Below, one piece after another: positions 26,930 through 41,273 of a DNA stretch of 64,000 nucleotides; within the stretch, counting starts at the first letter, position 1; every line of letters begins with the position of its first letter. The notes under the pieces are model-generated. The model did no database searches and was not told the DNA's origin. It worked only from the letters and a program-made list of their open reading frames with translations. The stretch lies in NCBI RefSeq assembly GCF_001194135.2, contig NC_068983.1, positions 28,041,014 to 28,105,013 on the forward strand, read 5' to 3'. This stretch comes from Octopus bimaculoides. Its lineage: Eukaryota. The translations under genes were made by a program, and so were the position numbers.

Positions 26930-27440
26930 CTTCCAAGTTCAAGCACATCCTTAACTCAGCTAAGACTGCATTCTAATGGCTGGCCAGTTTTCTCATCATG
27001 ATCAGTGGCTACTTTCGCATCTCAATAATTATTGATACCCAGCAAAGCTCAGGTGAGTCTACAATGGATGATATAGCTGCTACTACTACACACACACACA
27101 CATACATCAAATACCTTATTAAGGGAAGGGTTATCCAGCTAACTGGTGTAGAGTCACTCAAGGATAAGCTCCTGCCTTTGATACACACACACATGCTGTC
27201 TGCGCTCTCTCTGCCTTTTCACTTGCTACTATAATGATCCCAGGTCCCCAGATTTAACTAGGCTCATGCCATCTCCAATCAAGTATTCCTGTTCTCCTCT
27301 CATCATTGGGCCCACATCAATCACTACATTGTCCTTTGTTCCTAGAACATCAGCACTCAGGAATTCCTTCTACGATTATACCATTCCCACACATGTTAAC
27401 ATGCAAAGGTTCAAATGGAGCATTTGTGTCATCAATTTTT
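26930..27440 (+). mobile_element. CR1/L2/Jockey-group LINE 3' remnant
   Basis: Decayed motifs SQ*LLIPSKAQV, RVIQLTGVESLKDKLLPL, PRTSALRNSF and NMQRFK match the post-RT C-terminus of this group. Confidence 0.65.
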
Positions 27441-28117
27441 ACTGGTCTACGAGGGTCTGCAAAGTCTATAGGCATTAGCCTTCTCTCTGGACCCAACACA
27501 TGAAAAAGAAAATATTGATATAAACTGATAGTTGCCACCTTGAAATGTGAGGCCCTTGTGTGGTTTTTGCAAGAAATTAATGCGAGTAGATTGCTAGGAA
27601 TATTAGTTTTGAATAAAGCAACATGCAGTATTTAGTTTTGATACTTTACATTCAGAGTTTAAATTTCTACAAAATCAATTTAGTCTTTCATTCTTCCAGG
27701 GTCAGTAAATTAAAGTTCTGGTCATATACTGAGATTTACATAATCAACTAATACCCCTCTCCTAAATAGTTGAAGGTGTGGCAATGTGATTAAGAAGCTT
27801 ATTTCCCAGCCTAGTGGTCTCGGATTCAGTCTCACTTTGCAACACCTTGGACAAGGGTCTTCTACTATGGCTCTGGGCAGACCAAAGCCTTGCGGCTGGA
27901 TTTGGCAGATGGAAACTGAAAGAAGCCCATCCTATGTCTTGTGTGTAGTTAGATGTATGACTACAATGACTTAGAATTCCATGTAGATTATCATTATCTA
28001 TTCAGCTTCCTGTATCAAGATTGGACATCCACTGTACTTAGCAGTCTTATTACTTATGACATACAGAACATATGTAGTAGAATATTAAGATAAACACCAG
28101 CATATATATATATATAT

Positions 28118-28488
28118 AGGAGTGGCTGTGTGGTAAGCAACTTGCTTACCAACCACATGGTTCTGGGTTCAGTCCCACTGCATGGTACCTTGAGCAAGTG
28201 TCTTCTACTATAGCCTCGGGCCAACCAAAGCCTTGTGAGTGGATTTGGTAGATGGAAACTAAAAGAAGCCCATCGTGTATACGCGTATGTGTATGTTTGG
28301 GTGTATGTGTTTGTCCCCACAACATTGCTTGACAAACAATGCTGGTGTGTTTACGTCCCCATAACTTAGCAGTTCAGCCTAAGAGACCAATAGAATAAGT
28401 ACTAGGCTTACAAAGATTAAGTTCTGGGGTTGATTTGCTCAACTAAAGACGGTGCTCCAGCATGGCTCTAGTCAAATGACTGAAACAA
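28118..28488 (+). mobile_element. SINE family A
   Basis: Homologous to the other family A copies. Confidence 0.8.
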
Positions 28489-28490
28489 CA

Positions 28491-28527
<37 letters not shown>

Positions 28528-29400
28528 GATATGCTGGTAGCATGTAAAAGCACCCACTACACTCCCGGAGTAGTTGGCGTTGGGAAGGGCATCCAGCTGT
28601 AGAAACTCTACCAGATCAGATTGGAGCCTGGTGCAGCCATATGGTTCGCCACTCCTCAGTCAAATCATCCAACCCATGCTAGCATGGAAAGCGGACGTTA
28701 AACAACAATGATAATGATGATGATGATGATGATATATAAGATCTCTGTAAAAGTGAGCGCTAAAGTATTCTCTTGATGATCCATTGCCGCTGGGCATCCA
28801 AATGCACTTGGAACATACAATGCTGAGTTCTAAATAACTGCAATGGTTTAATGTACCTAGGAACTAAATATTTATACAGGTTTTTATTTTAATTTTCTAC
28901 TCTGTGTGTGTGTGTGTGTATTTGTATGTCCATGTGCCTTGATATCATGTGGTGGTTGCAAATGAGCATCATCATACATATTATTTTATTTGTTTCCATT
29001 CTTCTATGGGAAAATGTCTGGGCCTAAGAAATGTTGGTTTTTAATTTTGGCACAAGGCCAGCAATTTCGGGGGGAGGAGGAGGTAAATCAATTACATCAA
29101 CTCCCATTACTCAGCTCGTACTTATTTTATCAGTCCCAAAAGGATGATCAGCAAAGTCAACCTCAGCAGAATTTGGACTCAGAATGCAAAAAAACAGATG
29201 AAATGCCGCTAAGCTTTTGTCCAGTGTGCTAATGATTCTGTCAGCTTGCCACCTTGTGCATAAGAAATATAATGCCTTGCTTAGAAATAGATGAAGGTTG
29301 ACAACAAGAAAATAGAAAATTTACCCCAGCAAGCATGGAAAAGAGGACGTTAAATGATGATGTTAAATAAGAATATTAGTATTATTATCTGAATGCAGTT

Positions 29401-29796
29401 TACTCTTTTACTTGTTTCAGTCATTTTGACTGTGGCCATGCTGGAGCACCACCTTTAGTCGAGCAAATCGACCCCAGGACTTATTCTTTGTAAGCCTAGT
29501 ACTTATTCTATCAGTCTCTTTTGCCGAACCGCTAAGTTACGGGGACGTAAACACACCAGCATCAGCTGTCAAGCGATGGTGGGGGAGAAATACAGACACA
29601 TAAACATATACACACACAGACACATATATACATATATACGATGGGCTTCTTTCAGTTTCCGTCTACCAAATTCACTCACAGGGCTTTGGTCAGCCCGAGG
29701 CTATAGTAGAAGACACTTGCCCAAGGTGCCACGCAGTGGGACTGAACCCAGAACCATGTGGTTAGTAAGCAGGCTACTTACCACACAGCCACTCCT
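29401..29796 (-). mobile_element. SINE family A
   Basis: Homologous to the other family A copies. Confidence 0.85.
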
Positions 29797-31164
29797 TGGC
29801 AACTTGGGGTTTCATCAGAGCCCCATGTAACTGTCAACAACATTTCTTGGAGTGCTGTATAATATCAAAATATTTTACTACTGTATTGAAATGTTTTACA
29901 ACGGACATGAATTATTCATCTCTTGACATTGTCATCATCCTAATTATCCTCCCCGTTGCACTAGAGGGTTATTTCCAACACCTTTGTTACTTAGCTGTCA
30001 ACGGCACTCAACTCCTCCAGCACAACCACCACTTTCACCACCACTGCCACCACTATGATTATCCCGATCCTGATGATTATCATTGCTATTTACTATCGCT
30101 GTTATTTGTGTCAATAACATCACAATAGTTTTCCAAATGTAATTTCTGTCACCACACTCTTCGTGGTTACCAATATCAATTGGGTTCCCTAGCGATCCTC
30201 TTTATATTCAACAAAGAAAATAACTTCTCTCTATTTGTTCCGAATCAATATTAAACTAAACAACTTAAAATTCCTCATCGCATGCCAACTTTCAGCACTA
30301 CCTACCATTAACTGTACTATCCTCGACTACAGAATTTATTCTTATTACATATCCAAATAAATAAGCTTATATCATACATACACATGTATTCTGTCCCTCT
30401 ATCTCTCTCCTCTTCATTTACATTGTCATCATATATCCAAAGAAAGGTCTTTATCTTCTTCCTACATGTCACTATCTCTTTTCACATTCTCCCTCTCTCA
30501 CTCATAATTTAATGTACCAAACAACAGGAAAAATCTGTGAGTAATTGAGAAAGCAGAGAGAAGCTTTATTTCTTTGTAGAGTGGATATTGAAAATCAAAC
30601 TTTCTGTAAAATCAAGACCAGTTGATTAGAAACAGCATCAGGCGGTTCTTTTAGGATTAGGTTTCAATGATGTGATAGATTATCAGTTCTATTACAGCTG
30701 TACATTTCGTTGTCCATTTGGACTGAATGAAGATATATAGAAGATTATTGATATTTTGTTAAATTGAGTTGCCATGCTGTTAAGCTGAGAACTTGGCATG
30801 TTAAATGAACTCATCCCATCTTTCAATTAATTGTACCACACAAACATATGCCATTTTTGTGTGTGGCAACATATTTCTAAATTATCATTCTTGTTTAATG
30901 TCAATGTAAGGAAGCAAATTGGCAGAACCATTAGCAACATCAGGCAAAATGCTTAGCAGCGTTTCATCTGTCTTTATGTTATGGGTTCAAACTCTACCAG
31001 GATCAATTTTACCTTTCATCCTTTTGGAGTACCAGTCGAGCACTGGGGTCAATGTAAACGACTTACTCCCTTCCCCCAAAATTGCTGGCCTTGTGCCAAA
31101 ATTCGAAACCATTATTTAATGTCAGTTTCATACAGGCTATATAGTCATACATGTGATGTATGTA

Positions 31165-31392
31165 TTTGGTTGTCCAGAAAGTTCGTGCCGATTTTTAAAG
31201 GAAAGAAAAAGGTCAATAAATACTTGCCATTACATTTTTAATCAACCAAATATGAACCATTTTGTTGCACAATGCGTCTCTATCTTTCCTTTAACTGGAA
31301 AATACCCTCCTCTCAGAATTGAGGTGGTTTCATGGCAAATGAGTCGAAAGGTAAGGTACTATAAATTGGCATGAACTTTCTGGACAACCCAA
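31165..31392. mobile_element. Mariner-type MITE or deletion derivative
   Basis: 30-bp TIR TT(T/G)GGTTGTCCAGAAAGTTC(G/A)TGCC(G/A)ATTT with 3 mismatches; TA at the left end, right TA eroded. Confidence 0.8.
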
Positions 31393-31424
31393 TGTATGTG
31401 TGTGTGTAAATATATTCTTTAATT

Positions 31425-32315
<891 letters not shown>

Positions 32316-33964
32316 TCATATCTGCACATGTGTGTAGATCTAAATTTTATAGATCTCCTACATGTCAATATATATATATATATATATATGCCTTCCTGCC
32401 TACTGGCTTATGTACATGAAAGCATATAATACATAACATTACAAGCATGCACAGACATATACACACACAATCCTATGTATACCTACTCATATATGTTTAG
32501 CCCCTTGTGAGCAATAAATAAATAATATATGAATATGACATATGGATGTTAAAATAACAATGTTCTTGCCATGGTACTCATATGGATCATATGATGAGAA
32601 TTTCAAGAGTTTTTATTACCAGAAGAGAATTGTTATTCCATTCGAAAGAATCAGTCCAATATAAACCAACAAGGGAGGAGTAACATATGGTCACTCAACT
32701 TACTAGAAATAGCAGTGAAATCTTTCTCGGATTTCAGTCTAACATTTTGAAAAACACATTGGAGATTGTCCAATGGAAAACTGTGGATATTTCTGATTAT
32801 TCCTAGATATACAAAATTATAGGATGATCATGGAGGGAACAACTTTGTTTACAGATCTGTTGGTTCAATCCTTGCAAGTTGACTTGAATAAGTGCTGAAT
32901 TTCCATGTTTTAAATGTCAAGCAAAGTAAATGCAGAAATGAGAAAAGATCTATCTTGGTGATGTCTATTTTTGATGCCTATCATTTAGCTCAGCAGCTCC
33001 TAACCTCTTGCCATTGCAACTCATAATCTTCCATGACCCAGTTTTCCCAAATATATTACAATGGGCAACACATATATTAATACATTCTACAATTGGATGC
33101 TTTCTCTGTTGCCAACACTCACTTTCTAAGCAAATTATTATCTTCAAATGACTGGACATGTTTTCATGGAAGATTGGAAACAAATGATACTGCTTGTATG
33201 GCAATAACACTTGTTTATAACTATTATGCAATGCCTAGACAAGGAGATGGACACACACTCACACACACATACCACACTGTAAAATAGTCAGTGACAGAAA
33301 GGGCATCCAGGGTAGAATCATAGGTAAGTGATGTTTATGAGGGCAGAGATTTTCGATAAAAAAATAACTCAGACTGGCAATATCTCCAACCACGCCAGCA
33401 AGGAAAACAGATATTAAAAGATGATGATGATCATGATGATAATGGTAGGCAGTGTATTTCAGCAGAACCATGGAAACAAGAATGAAGGCAGATGGAATAA
33501 CCAGTGAATCATTTGTCACTAATTCACTTTTGGTCAGTATGATGAAGCAATTATTTTAACAATGCAAGTTTTATTTTGAACTAAAGCCAAACAGATCTGG
33601 CAACTTTTTGCATACAACTGCATTGCCTTTATTTTCATTCCATGGCAATTCTATCTATATTATTTGTCGAATTCACTTCCTCTTCTATTATTGGTTGCAA
33701 GTGTGAGGGTGTATAGCCTAGTGGCTAGTGTGCTGCACTCACAATCGTGAGTTCATGGTTTCAATTACTGGTCTGGGTAGAGTGTTGTATTCTCAAGCAA
33801 AACACTTCCTCTCATGTTACTCTGCAATCCATATCGGGACAGTAGGACAATACCCACTGACAACAACTACCCCCCACCCCACAGGACAATTACCCTCCTT
33901 GGTTAATTACCCCCTCTCCAATATATTAAGAAGTTTTAAATCATCATCTGTTGTCCTCAAGGGT

Positions 33965-34140
33965 TAGCCGCTACACCTTTTTCTATTTTCTCTCCCTGTT
34001 TATTTCTGTGTTCCTTTCTGTCGAAGAGCGTAGGCTTGAAACGTGAAAGACTTTCTCATTTCCCGAGCGTTAAACTAATACATCTGTTTGTTGTTTATAC
34101 ACCCATCTTCATCTTTTGTTTTTTTGTAAATTCTCACTAA
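33965..34140 (+). mobile_element. PLE-type pseudo-LTR fragment (second family)
   Basis: CTTTCTGTCGAAGAGCGTAGGCTTGAAACGTGAAAG followed by GAGCGTTAAACTAATACATC; same family as the 22.9 kb and 63.9 kb copies. Confidence 0.55.
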
Positions 34141-34370
34141 TTTCCTTGGGAAGTTATTGTCCATGACGGATAAATGTCCTAGACTCCTACAATCCCTTCG
34201 ATATTTGATGCATCCAACATTGATTTGATGGAGGGTGTGAGGTAATGTACCATACATACACTTGATCATTATAAACATATATTTTGCACAGCTTGTTCAG
34301 CAAGAAATTGCAGTTACTTTTTCTCCGAGAGGCTACCAGCACAAAAGATGAAGATGGGTGTATAAACAAC
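34090..34370. repeat. Perfect 30-bp inverted repeat with a 221-bp spacer
   Basis: GTTGTTTATACACCCATCTTCATCTTTTGT (34090-34119) and its reverse complement at 34341-34370. Confidence 0.9.
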
Positions 34371-36591
34371 TTACTTGTTAGTGGCAGTGTTCTGGTTTAG
34401 AGCAAATCAGCTCTGATTGAGCAGACCAGTGATCAAGCACATTTAAGCTAACGCTCATTCTGACTTTTTTTTTAATATATTTATGAATACCTTGTTCAAT
34501 GTGTGATTCTATATTTAAGATGATAGCATAAGAGATGAGGGTATTTAGGTCTTATATTTAGCAGGTTCAGAGTGACTGCATAGAGCCATTCTCAATTTTC
34601 TCATTGGTCAAAATTGTAATGTTTCCAGTTCGCTGAATGACACTTTTTGTTATTTTTCTGAATGAGCTTAATTCTGCTTTCATTGGTAGTATTTCAATAT
34701 CATTATAATGCTGTTGCTATGGACTTTTTACAAAGACTTATTATAATGATGTTACTCATCACAGTTATATTGACAGTGGTACTATAATGTTGCTATGTAA
34801 CAGAGTTATTTCTAATTTGATGATAATTTATACTATTGCAATGTTTAAGTTATAGAAACTACATATATTCATGTGTGCGTGTGTGTATTGCAAGATTATG
34901 GTTTAGATTCACAGACTGGGCAGTGTGTTGTGTTTTTGAGTAAGACAATTCCTTTCATGTTGCTCTACAATCATTTCCACATCTAACATGTGGTGCCCTA
35001 TGCACCTGTACAGGTAATGCCAATTTGGAGGAGAGAGAGAACTAATGTACAGTACAAACATTTGAGCACTATAAACACTATGGAATTCGGTGTGGCCTCC
35101 AGCCTTACCAGGTCTGTCAAGCCATTCAATACCATGCCAGTATGGAAAATGGATGCTAAATGACGATGATGATGATGATATGTGCACCATATCATAACCA
35201 ACTCATCCTCAAAATATTCTTATCATCCTGAGGCAAGAAAAGAAAAAAAACCTATCAGTCAATGTAAACGTAGCTCAAAATGCTTTAGATAAAAGAGATG
35301 GGGCCATGACTGGAACACCTTTGATTATGCGTTTATCTCATTAGGTTTGATTAAGGGTTAAACATCAAATTTTAAAATGGACAAAGGGAGGAAAATCAGT
35401 GTGACAAAGCTAGACATTTGAGTTTGAGCTAAAAATCTATCAAAACATTTGCATACAGTTTCCTTCCCAAAGTTTCCATATGATTTCTTGGATATGATAA
35501 AAGACATTTTCTCAAGATGCTGCACAGCTGGAGAAAATCCAAGACATTGTGATTGCAAAGTGAAATTCTGAACCATTCAGCCACAAATACAGTATTATAA
35601 TTTAACTGTTAGAAGAATGCTTCTTAGAAAACAGAGCAGTTATATAACTTATGGTTGCACTGGTAATTTAACTGCCTCACAATTTAAGTTGTTAATGTCA
35701 GTCATCATTGTTGTTTCTTTCCCGATCATCTCTGGTTGAATAGATCTAGAATCAAAAGCATTTCTGCTATGACTATTCAATGTTTTTGTTTGTTTTATCT
35801 AGCAGATCAAATAACTATGTAGAAGCTCTCTGGTTGGCTTGTTATTTCATCATTTTAGTCAGCGGTGGCGCATTCATCTTCCATTTTCATTCCATTTACA
35901 AATTTGACATTTATAGATGTTTCATAGGACCCATATATTTTCTAAAGCAGTCCATTTACGACCATCTCATCTTTTATTTAAGATACACGTTATCTAAGAT
36001 TACATTATCACATGTGTCCTTTGATTATTTTATTTTAAATGGTAAGGTGCAATATGAGGGAGATTTAGTTGCTATTTCTAGCAGTTTATGTAATCCTATT
36101 GAAGCTTCCTTGATTGGGGAGAGGGTGAGCTCCTTCTACTTCACAATGTCCATTTTAAGATTTGATATTGTTGACGTTGCTGCTTAGCCCTGAATCAAAC
36201 TTAATTAAATAAGTATATAATCAAAAGCATTCTAGGAATGACCATCTCTTCTTTTGGAAGCATTGTGTATCTGGTGAATTAGCAGAGACATTAGAGTGTC
36301 AGACAGAAAGTTTTGCAGTATTTGTTCTGATTCTCTGAACCCCAAATTCAAGTTCCATTGAAGTCAATTTCCACTTTCATCCTTTCAGGGTCGATACAAC
36401 ATTACAAATCCAATCCAAGATGAGAGATTAGTAGAACTGTAACTATGTCAGACCAAATACCACAAGGTATTTGGAATAAGTGCTGTCATGATCTACTTGG
36501 GTGGCAGTCTTTAACAAGTCACTGGGTTTAACACCACTACTTAGAATCTTAGGTGCCTTTAGCAGAATCTTTTCCATTGCAAATATTCAGG

Positions 36592-36980
36592 GGCAGGAGT
36601 GGCTGTGTGGTAAGTAGCTTGCTTACCAACCACATAGTTCCGTGTTCAGTCCCACTGCGTGGCATCTTGGGCAAGTGTCTCCTACTATAGCCTCAGGCCG
36701 ACCAAAATCTTGTGAGTGAATTTGGTAGACGGAAACTGAAAGAAGCCCGTCGTATATATGTATATGTATATATATGGGTGTTTGTGTGTCTGTGTTTGTC
36801 CCCCCCAGCATCACTTGACAACCAATGCTGGTGTGTTTACATCCCCGTAACTTAGCGGTTCGGCAAAAGAGAGACTGATAGAATAAGTGCTAGGCTTACA
36901 AAGAATAAGTCCTAGGGTCGATTTACTCGACTAAAGGCGGTGCTCCAGCATGGCCACAGTCAAATGACTGAAACAAGTTA
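36592..36980 (+). mobile_element. SINE family A
   Basis: Homologous to the other family A copies. Confidence 0.85.
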
Positions 36981-37089
36981 AACAGGCCAGATTTTCAGTT
37001 CATGACCTTCCCTTCACCTTCCCACCAATTTGAGAGGTCCTGTAATTTATCACAAATATTGCTTTCCCTCCTAAGAGATAACAAGAAAC

Positions 37090-37780
37090 ACAAGTCGTTT
37101 TCTTAAGATGATAGAGTATAATTTGAGGGAGATTTAGTTGTTATTTTTAACAGGATGAACAACCACATAAAAGCTGTAGTAGTCAGTTGTTGATTTTCTC
37201 CAGATCTTTGTTGATTAAGTTGGTCAATGAATGATGACATCTTAATTGTGAGAAGCCTATCTTAATTGTATATCAGAGGCTGCATGGTCCAAAATATCTT
37301 TCATTTTCTCAAGATAATAGAGTATATCTAAAGGAATTTAGCTGCTCTTTCTAGCAGGCCAACCCTCAGTATAGAGATTTCCTGTTCTGCTCCAATCACT
37401 TATTGTTGCTCTGGCTGCTGTTATTACTGTTATTATGAAAGATTGACCATAATTAACAAAACAATAACATAAAAGCTGTTGTTTCTAGCAGGATGAGCAA
37501 GTGGCAGTACAGAAGTTTTTTCTAATCTTTCCTTGTCCTTGTTGCTACTTTAATTGTTGATATTATGAAAGCCTGTGGATATAATTTTGCAAGATGATAA
37601 CATCAAGGCTGTTATTTCTAGCATGGTAAGAGAGCAACTTTATGAAAGCTTCATTCTTATCCCTCCTTCTTTTTCTTATTGCTGTTGTTATTGACATTAT
37701 GAAAGCCTGTGGGCATAATTTTTCAAGAAGATAGTATCAAAACCTAAATAAGCGATTCAGTAGCTATTTCACATACTGAT
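37090..37780 (+). repeat. Diverged tandem array of a short unit with core GCTG(C/T)TATTTCTAGCAGG
   Basis: Core-like words recur about every 120-200 bp; ATTATGAAAGCCTGTGG occurs twice. Confidence 0.55.
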
Positions 37781-40700
37781 TACATTAGCGGTTTTTGAAG
37801 ATTTCTACTTGTGAGATGCCTACTTTAGTGTTATTACATGACAGCAGTAATATGTTGTACTTTCACTTTCAAAAGTATTGATTTTTACATTGTCACAAGA
37901 TCAAGATGAAAAAAAAGCTTGTGGTGTAGAACTAAGTCAATTGATTGACCCATGTCTCACTGCCACCACCACCTACACCACTTGAACATGCCTGGTGCTT
38001 ATTATAATGACGCTCCAGAGTCAGTGATGGAAGCGCCTATGTAGTTGCTTTCTTGACTAGAAATAGCAATGAAATTACCCACGAATTGTATCCTACAGTT
38101 GTAAATGAAGAAGTATGCATCAAATAATTTAGCCCTTGATATAAAAGAAATCATGGCATGGTCACCGTGGTTGGAATACCTCAGTATTGATCTGGGATTA
38201 AGCAATATGAACAACAACAGTAACATCATTGCAAAGGAATGGTAAGTGAAGTCAAACTTAGCAGGGTTTGGTCAGAAGAGATCAGAAGTACTTAATACAG
38301 AGTAACTTTTTTTTTAAATATAGAAGTGAGTACACTACTCTGAATGCCTACTATTACAGCATGAGTGAGACTCTTCAAGGTCACTCAACCCACAAGATAT
38401 AGCCATATCTCCTCAAATCACACATTACTGTTTTGAATAAGAAAAGGACACATTAGATAATGTAGTCCTAAAACAGATGGAATGGCCATGGTTGAAATGC
38501 TTTTGATCATAAATTTGCTCAAGAATGAATAATCTGGAGCTAAACAATACCAGCAATACATCGTAATAGCTACAGAGTGCAAAAGGGGGAAAAATGAGAC
38601 AAAATGGCACACACACACACATTATGTGCACACATGTAATCGATTTAACTACTCCTGGATAAGTGTATGAAAACTGTAGCCCTCTGCCAAGCCACGTTAT
38701 ACCAGTGTGGCAAAGTAGGCTCATCAAACCAGTGTGATGTCAAGCTCAAATTCACAGCCGCCACACCAGACCATGGTTGGCAGAAAGGACATGACAAGAT
38801 GTTCATCCTGCAGCAGACTGAATATAGGAAATCCAATCCAATCCAATACACACGCACACAAAACCAGTATATTCACACTGGTGTTTGATTTCAAATTTGA
38901 AATCAAAAGAAATTGCTGCTACTAAGGAAAGCAAAGCTACAGTCACCCCATCGACCATTCCCTGCACCCATCAGAACAGAGTAAACCTACAGTATAACCC
39001 TGAGTCTTAGATATCTTTACAAAGATATACATGTACATGTATGTATGTGTGTGTCATCATTTTATGCTTTTATCTTCACGAATATGGATTCATATAATGT
39101 TTCAAATTTCTTTGCACAAGGGCAGCAGTTTTTAAGAGAGGGCAAAAGTTGATTACATCAGCCCCAATGCACAACTAGTTTTTAGTTCTATCGAGCCAAA
39201 AAGGGTGAAAGGCAAACTTGACTTCGTAAAGTGCCAGAAGAAATGCTGCTAAGTATTTTCCCAATCAATATCATCCTTATCATCGTTTAATGTCTGCCTT
39301 CTATGCAGGCATGGGTTGGACGGTTTGATTTGACAAGAGCTAGCCAGACATCTGTGTCTGTTTTTACAACTGGATGCTCTTCCTAACACCAACCACCCAG
39401 CTGAGTGGGCTGAATGTTTTAAATGTGGAACCAACACAGGCAAGCTTTGGCATAGTTTTAGCAGCTGGATGCCCTTCCAAATGTCAACCACTTTACGGTG
39501 TGGACTGGATGCTTTTCACATGACACCATCACTGACAGGTTCACCAAGTAACTTGCAAGACAAGATCTTTTGAAAGGGGATGGGGCATTGCTACAAAATA
39601 ACAGCCAACTGTTTTGCATGTCAAACACTACTGCTCCCTAATTGTGTATCAGCATATATTTATCAAGTGAGATAATATGATTACAGGTGGAACATTTTTT
39701 AACATAGATTCACTGAATCAAACCTAACCTGAGGCTAAATGGCAACTAAGTGAGCCCTTATGTGGTAACCAATGGCAGGACTTCTGAATTGTTGTTTGAA
39801 CTGTTAGGAATGGTAACCAAACTCACTCAAATTATACAACCTACAGTTTTAAAATAAAGATGACATTGGTTGCTGTAGTCCCAGGCAAACAAAAAATGGT
39901 ATAGTTATGTTTGAAATAGTATTTCATAAGTTTTCTGTATCAGAGTTACTTTTGCAACAAAACCAACTTCAACATGGTAGGCTGACCTGCTAGAAACAAT
40001 AGTCAGATATCCCTCAAATCTCACACAGAAACATCAATATGTGTATGTGTGTGCACATTTGTGCATGTGCATGCTTGTGTGTGGGTGTGAGTGTGTATAT
40101 ATACATAAATTTAGAGTGAGATAAAAATACACAAATTTATGCAGACACACACAGCAGTTTGTGCGAGCTCATTCTGGCAAGCATAAATGCAAGTCTCTCA
40201 ATGATTCTTTCAAATGTTAGAAAAAGAAGCCAAAATTCTTGTACATGAACCTACCACATACAGGCTCTTTTAACAATTGTTGTTTAGGTCCAAGTTAGCT
40301 CTGATAAAAGTATGCTAAACATGACTACTCTACCTTGTTTAACAGATGGGTACATTAATCCCTAATATATAAAAAGACTGGGTGTTTAGAGCTGGAACAT
40401 CTTTTGTCATATGTCTGTGCAGTCAGGACTAACTTGTGGTTAACAACTAAAATATATTGTTCACAATTTAAAATAGTTTGCTGTCTATCTAGACTTCCTT
40501 CTGACTTTACAGCACAAGTTTGGGGAAGTGGAAGGGAACAGAAAAAAGTGTAAGATACTGAAGCTATAAATTGACTTAAAACAGAGAGAGAGAGAGGATT
40601 AGGAGAGGAGAAACATATAAGCAGTATGAGAGTTTGTGGGAGAAAAGCACACTGCTTGAGAAACACATTGTATTTACTAAGAAATGCTATTGAAGAAAAT

Positions 40701-41224
40701 TGTCTGTTTCATAGAGGGAGGGACATAAAATTTGAAGTAAAGAGTGAACAGAAGGTTTAGTAATGAAAATTAAGGTTGGGATATACTTTGATTAGAAATA
40801 GAAATAAAGAGGAGATAATAAATACATTCTTTCAAAAACATGCAGTAATCACTTACCTTAATTAAGCCAAATGTCAATGCTAAACACATTATCTTTAAAG
40901 CAGCATGCTTTCCCATGTGTGTGTTTGTGTGAGAGGGGGGAAGTATATTAGATACTAAAAGAAAAACTCAGAGACAAGAAAATGAAGTAGAAAAAGATAG
41001 AAGAGAAAAAGAAAGGAAGTGAAGATAATGACATTTGATTGTTGAATGCTATGTGTAGGTGATAGGTGAAAATTATTTCTCCCTTAATATAGGCAAACTG
41101 GAAGATGGGAATAAGTTTTGATAAATCTACCAAACATATCAAGAGTTCAAGCTTGCTTTACGTGAGAGCAGAAAGTGTTGAAATGCAATAAAGTAAAAAC
41201 AGAAAATAATATAAATTAACTTAC

Positions 41225-41273
41225 TGCCATTCACTGGTCGATCTGTTTCCTGGATATGGTGCGAGCTTACATA
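41225..41273 (-). CDS. Small coding exon: YVSSHHIQETDRPVNG(N)
   Basis: Strong acceptor CTTCCTATTTTCCATTGCAG and donor GCA|GTAAGT; 49 nt, open, phase 0->1. This is exactly the phase change needed to join the 45790 donor to the 19727 acceptor. Confidence 0.65.

Noticed and set aside
27350-27538. Exon-like minus-strand ORF (VLGPERRLMPIDFADPRR...) after a pyrimidine tract, with a fitting phase
   Set aside because: The acceptor reads CAT, not CAG; the plus strand carries LINE C-terminal motifs; and 41225-41273 already supplies the phase change with canonical sites.
35780-36187. 135-aa hydrophobic plus-strand ORF
   Set aside because: AT-driven F/I/L/Y composition, overlaps dispersed repeat cores, and no splice or homology support.
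40857-40954. Minus-strand open segment ending in a perfect AAG|GTAAGT donor
   Set aside because: Phase 1->0 does not fit between the 45790 donor and the 41273 or 19727 acceptors; it contains simple repeats, and nothing supports an alternative start.
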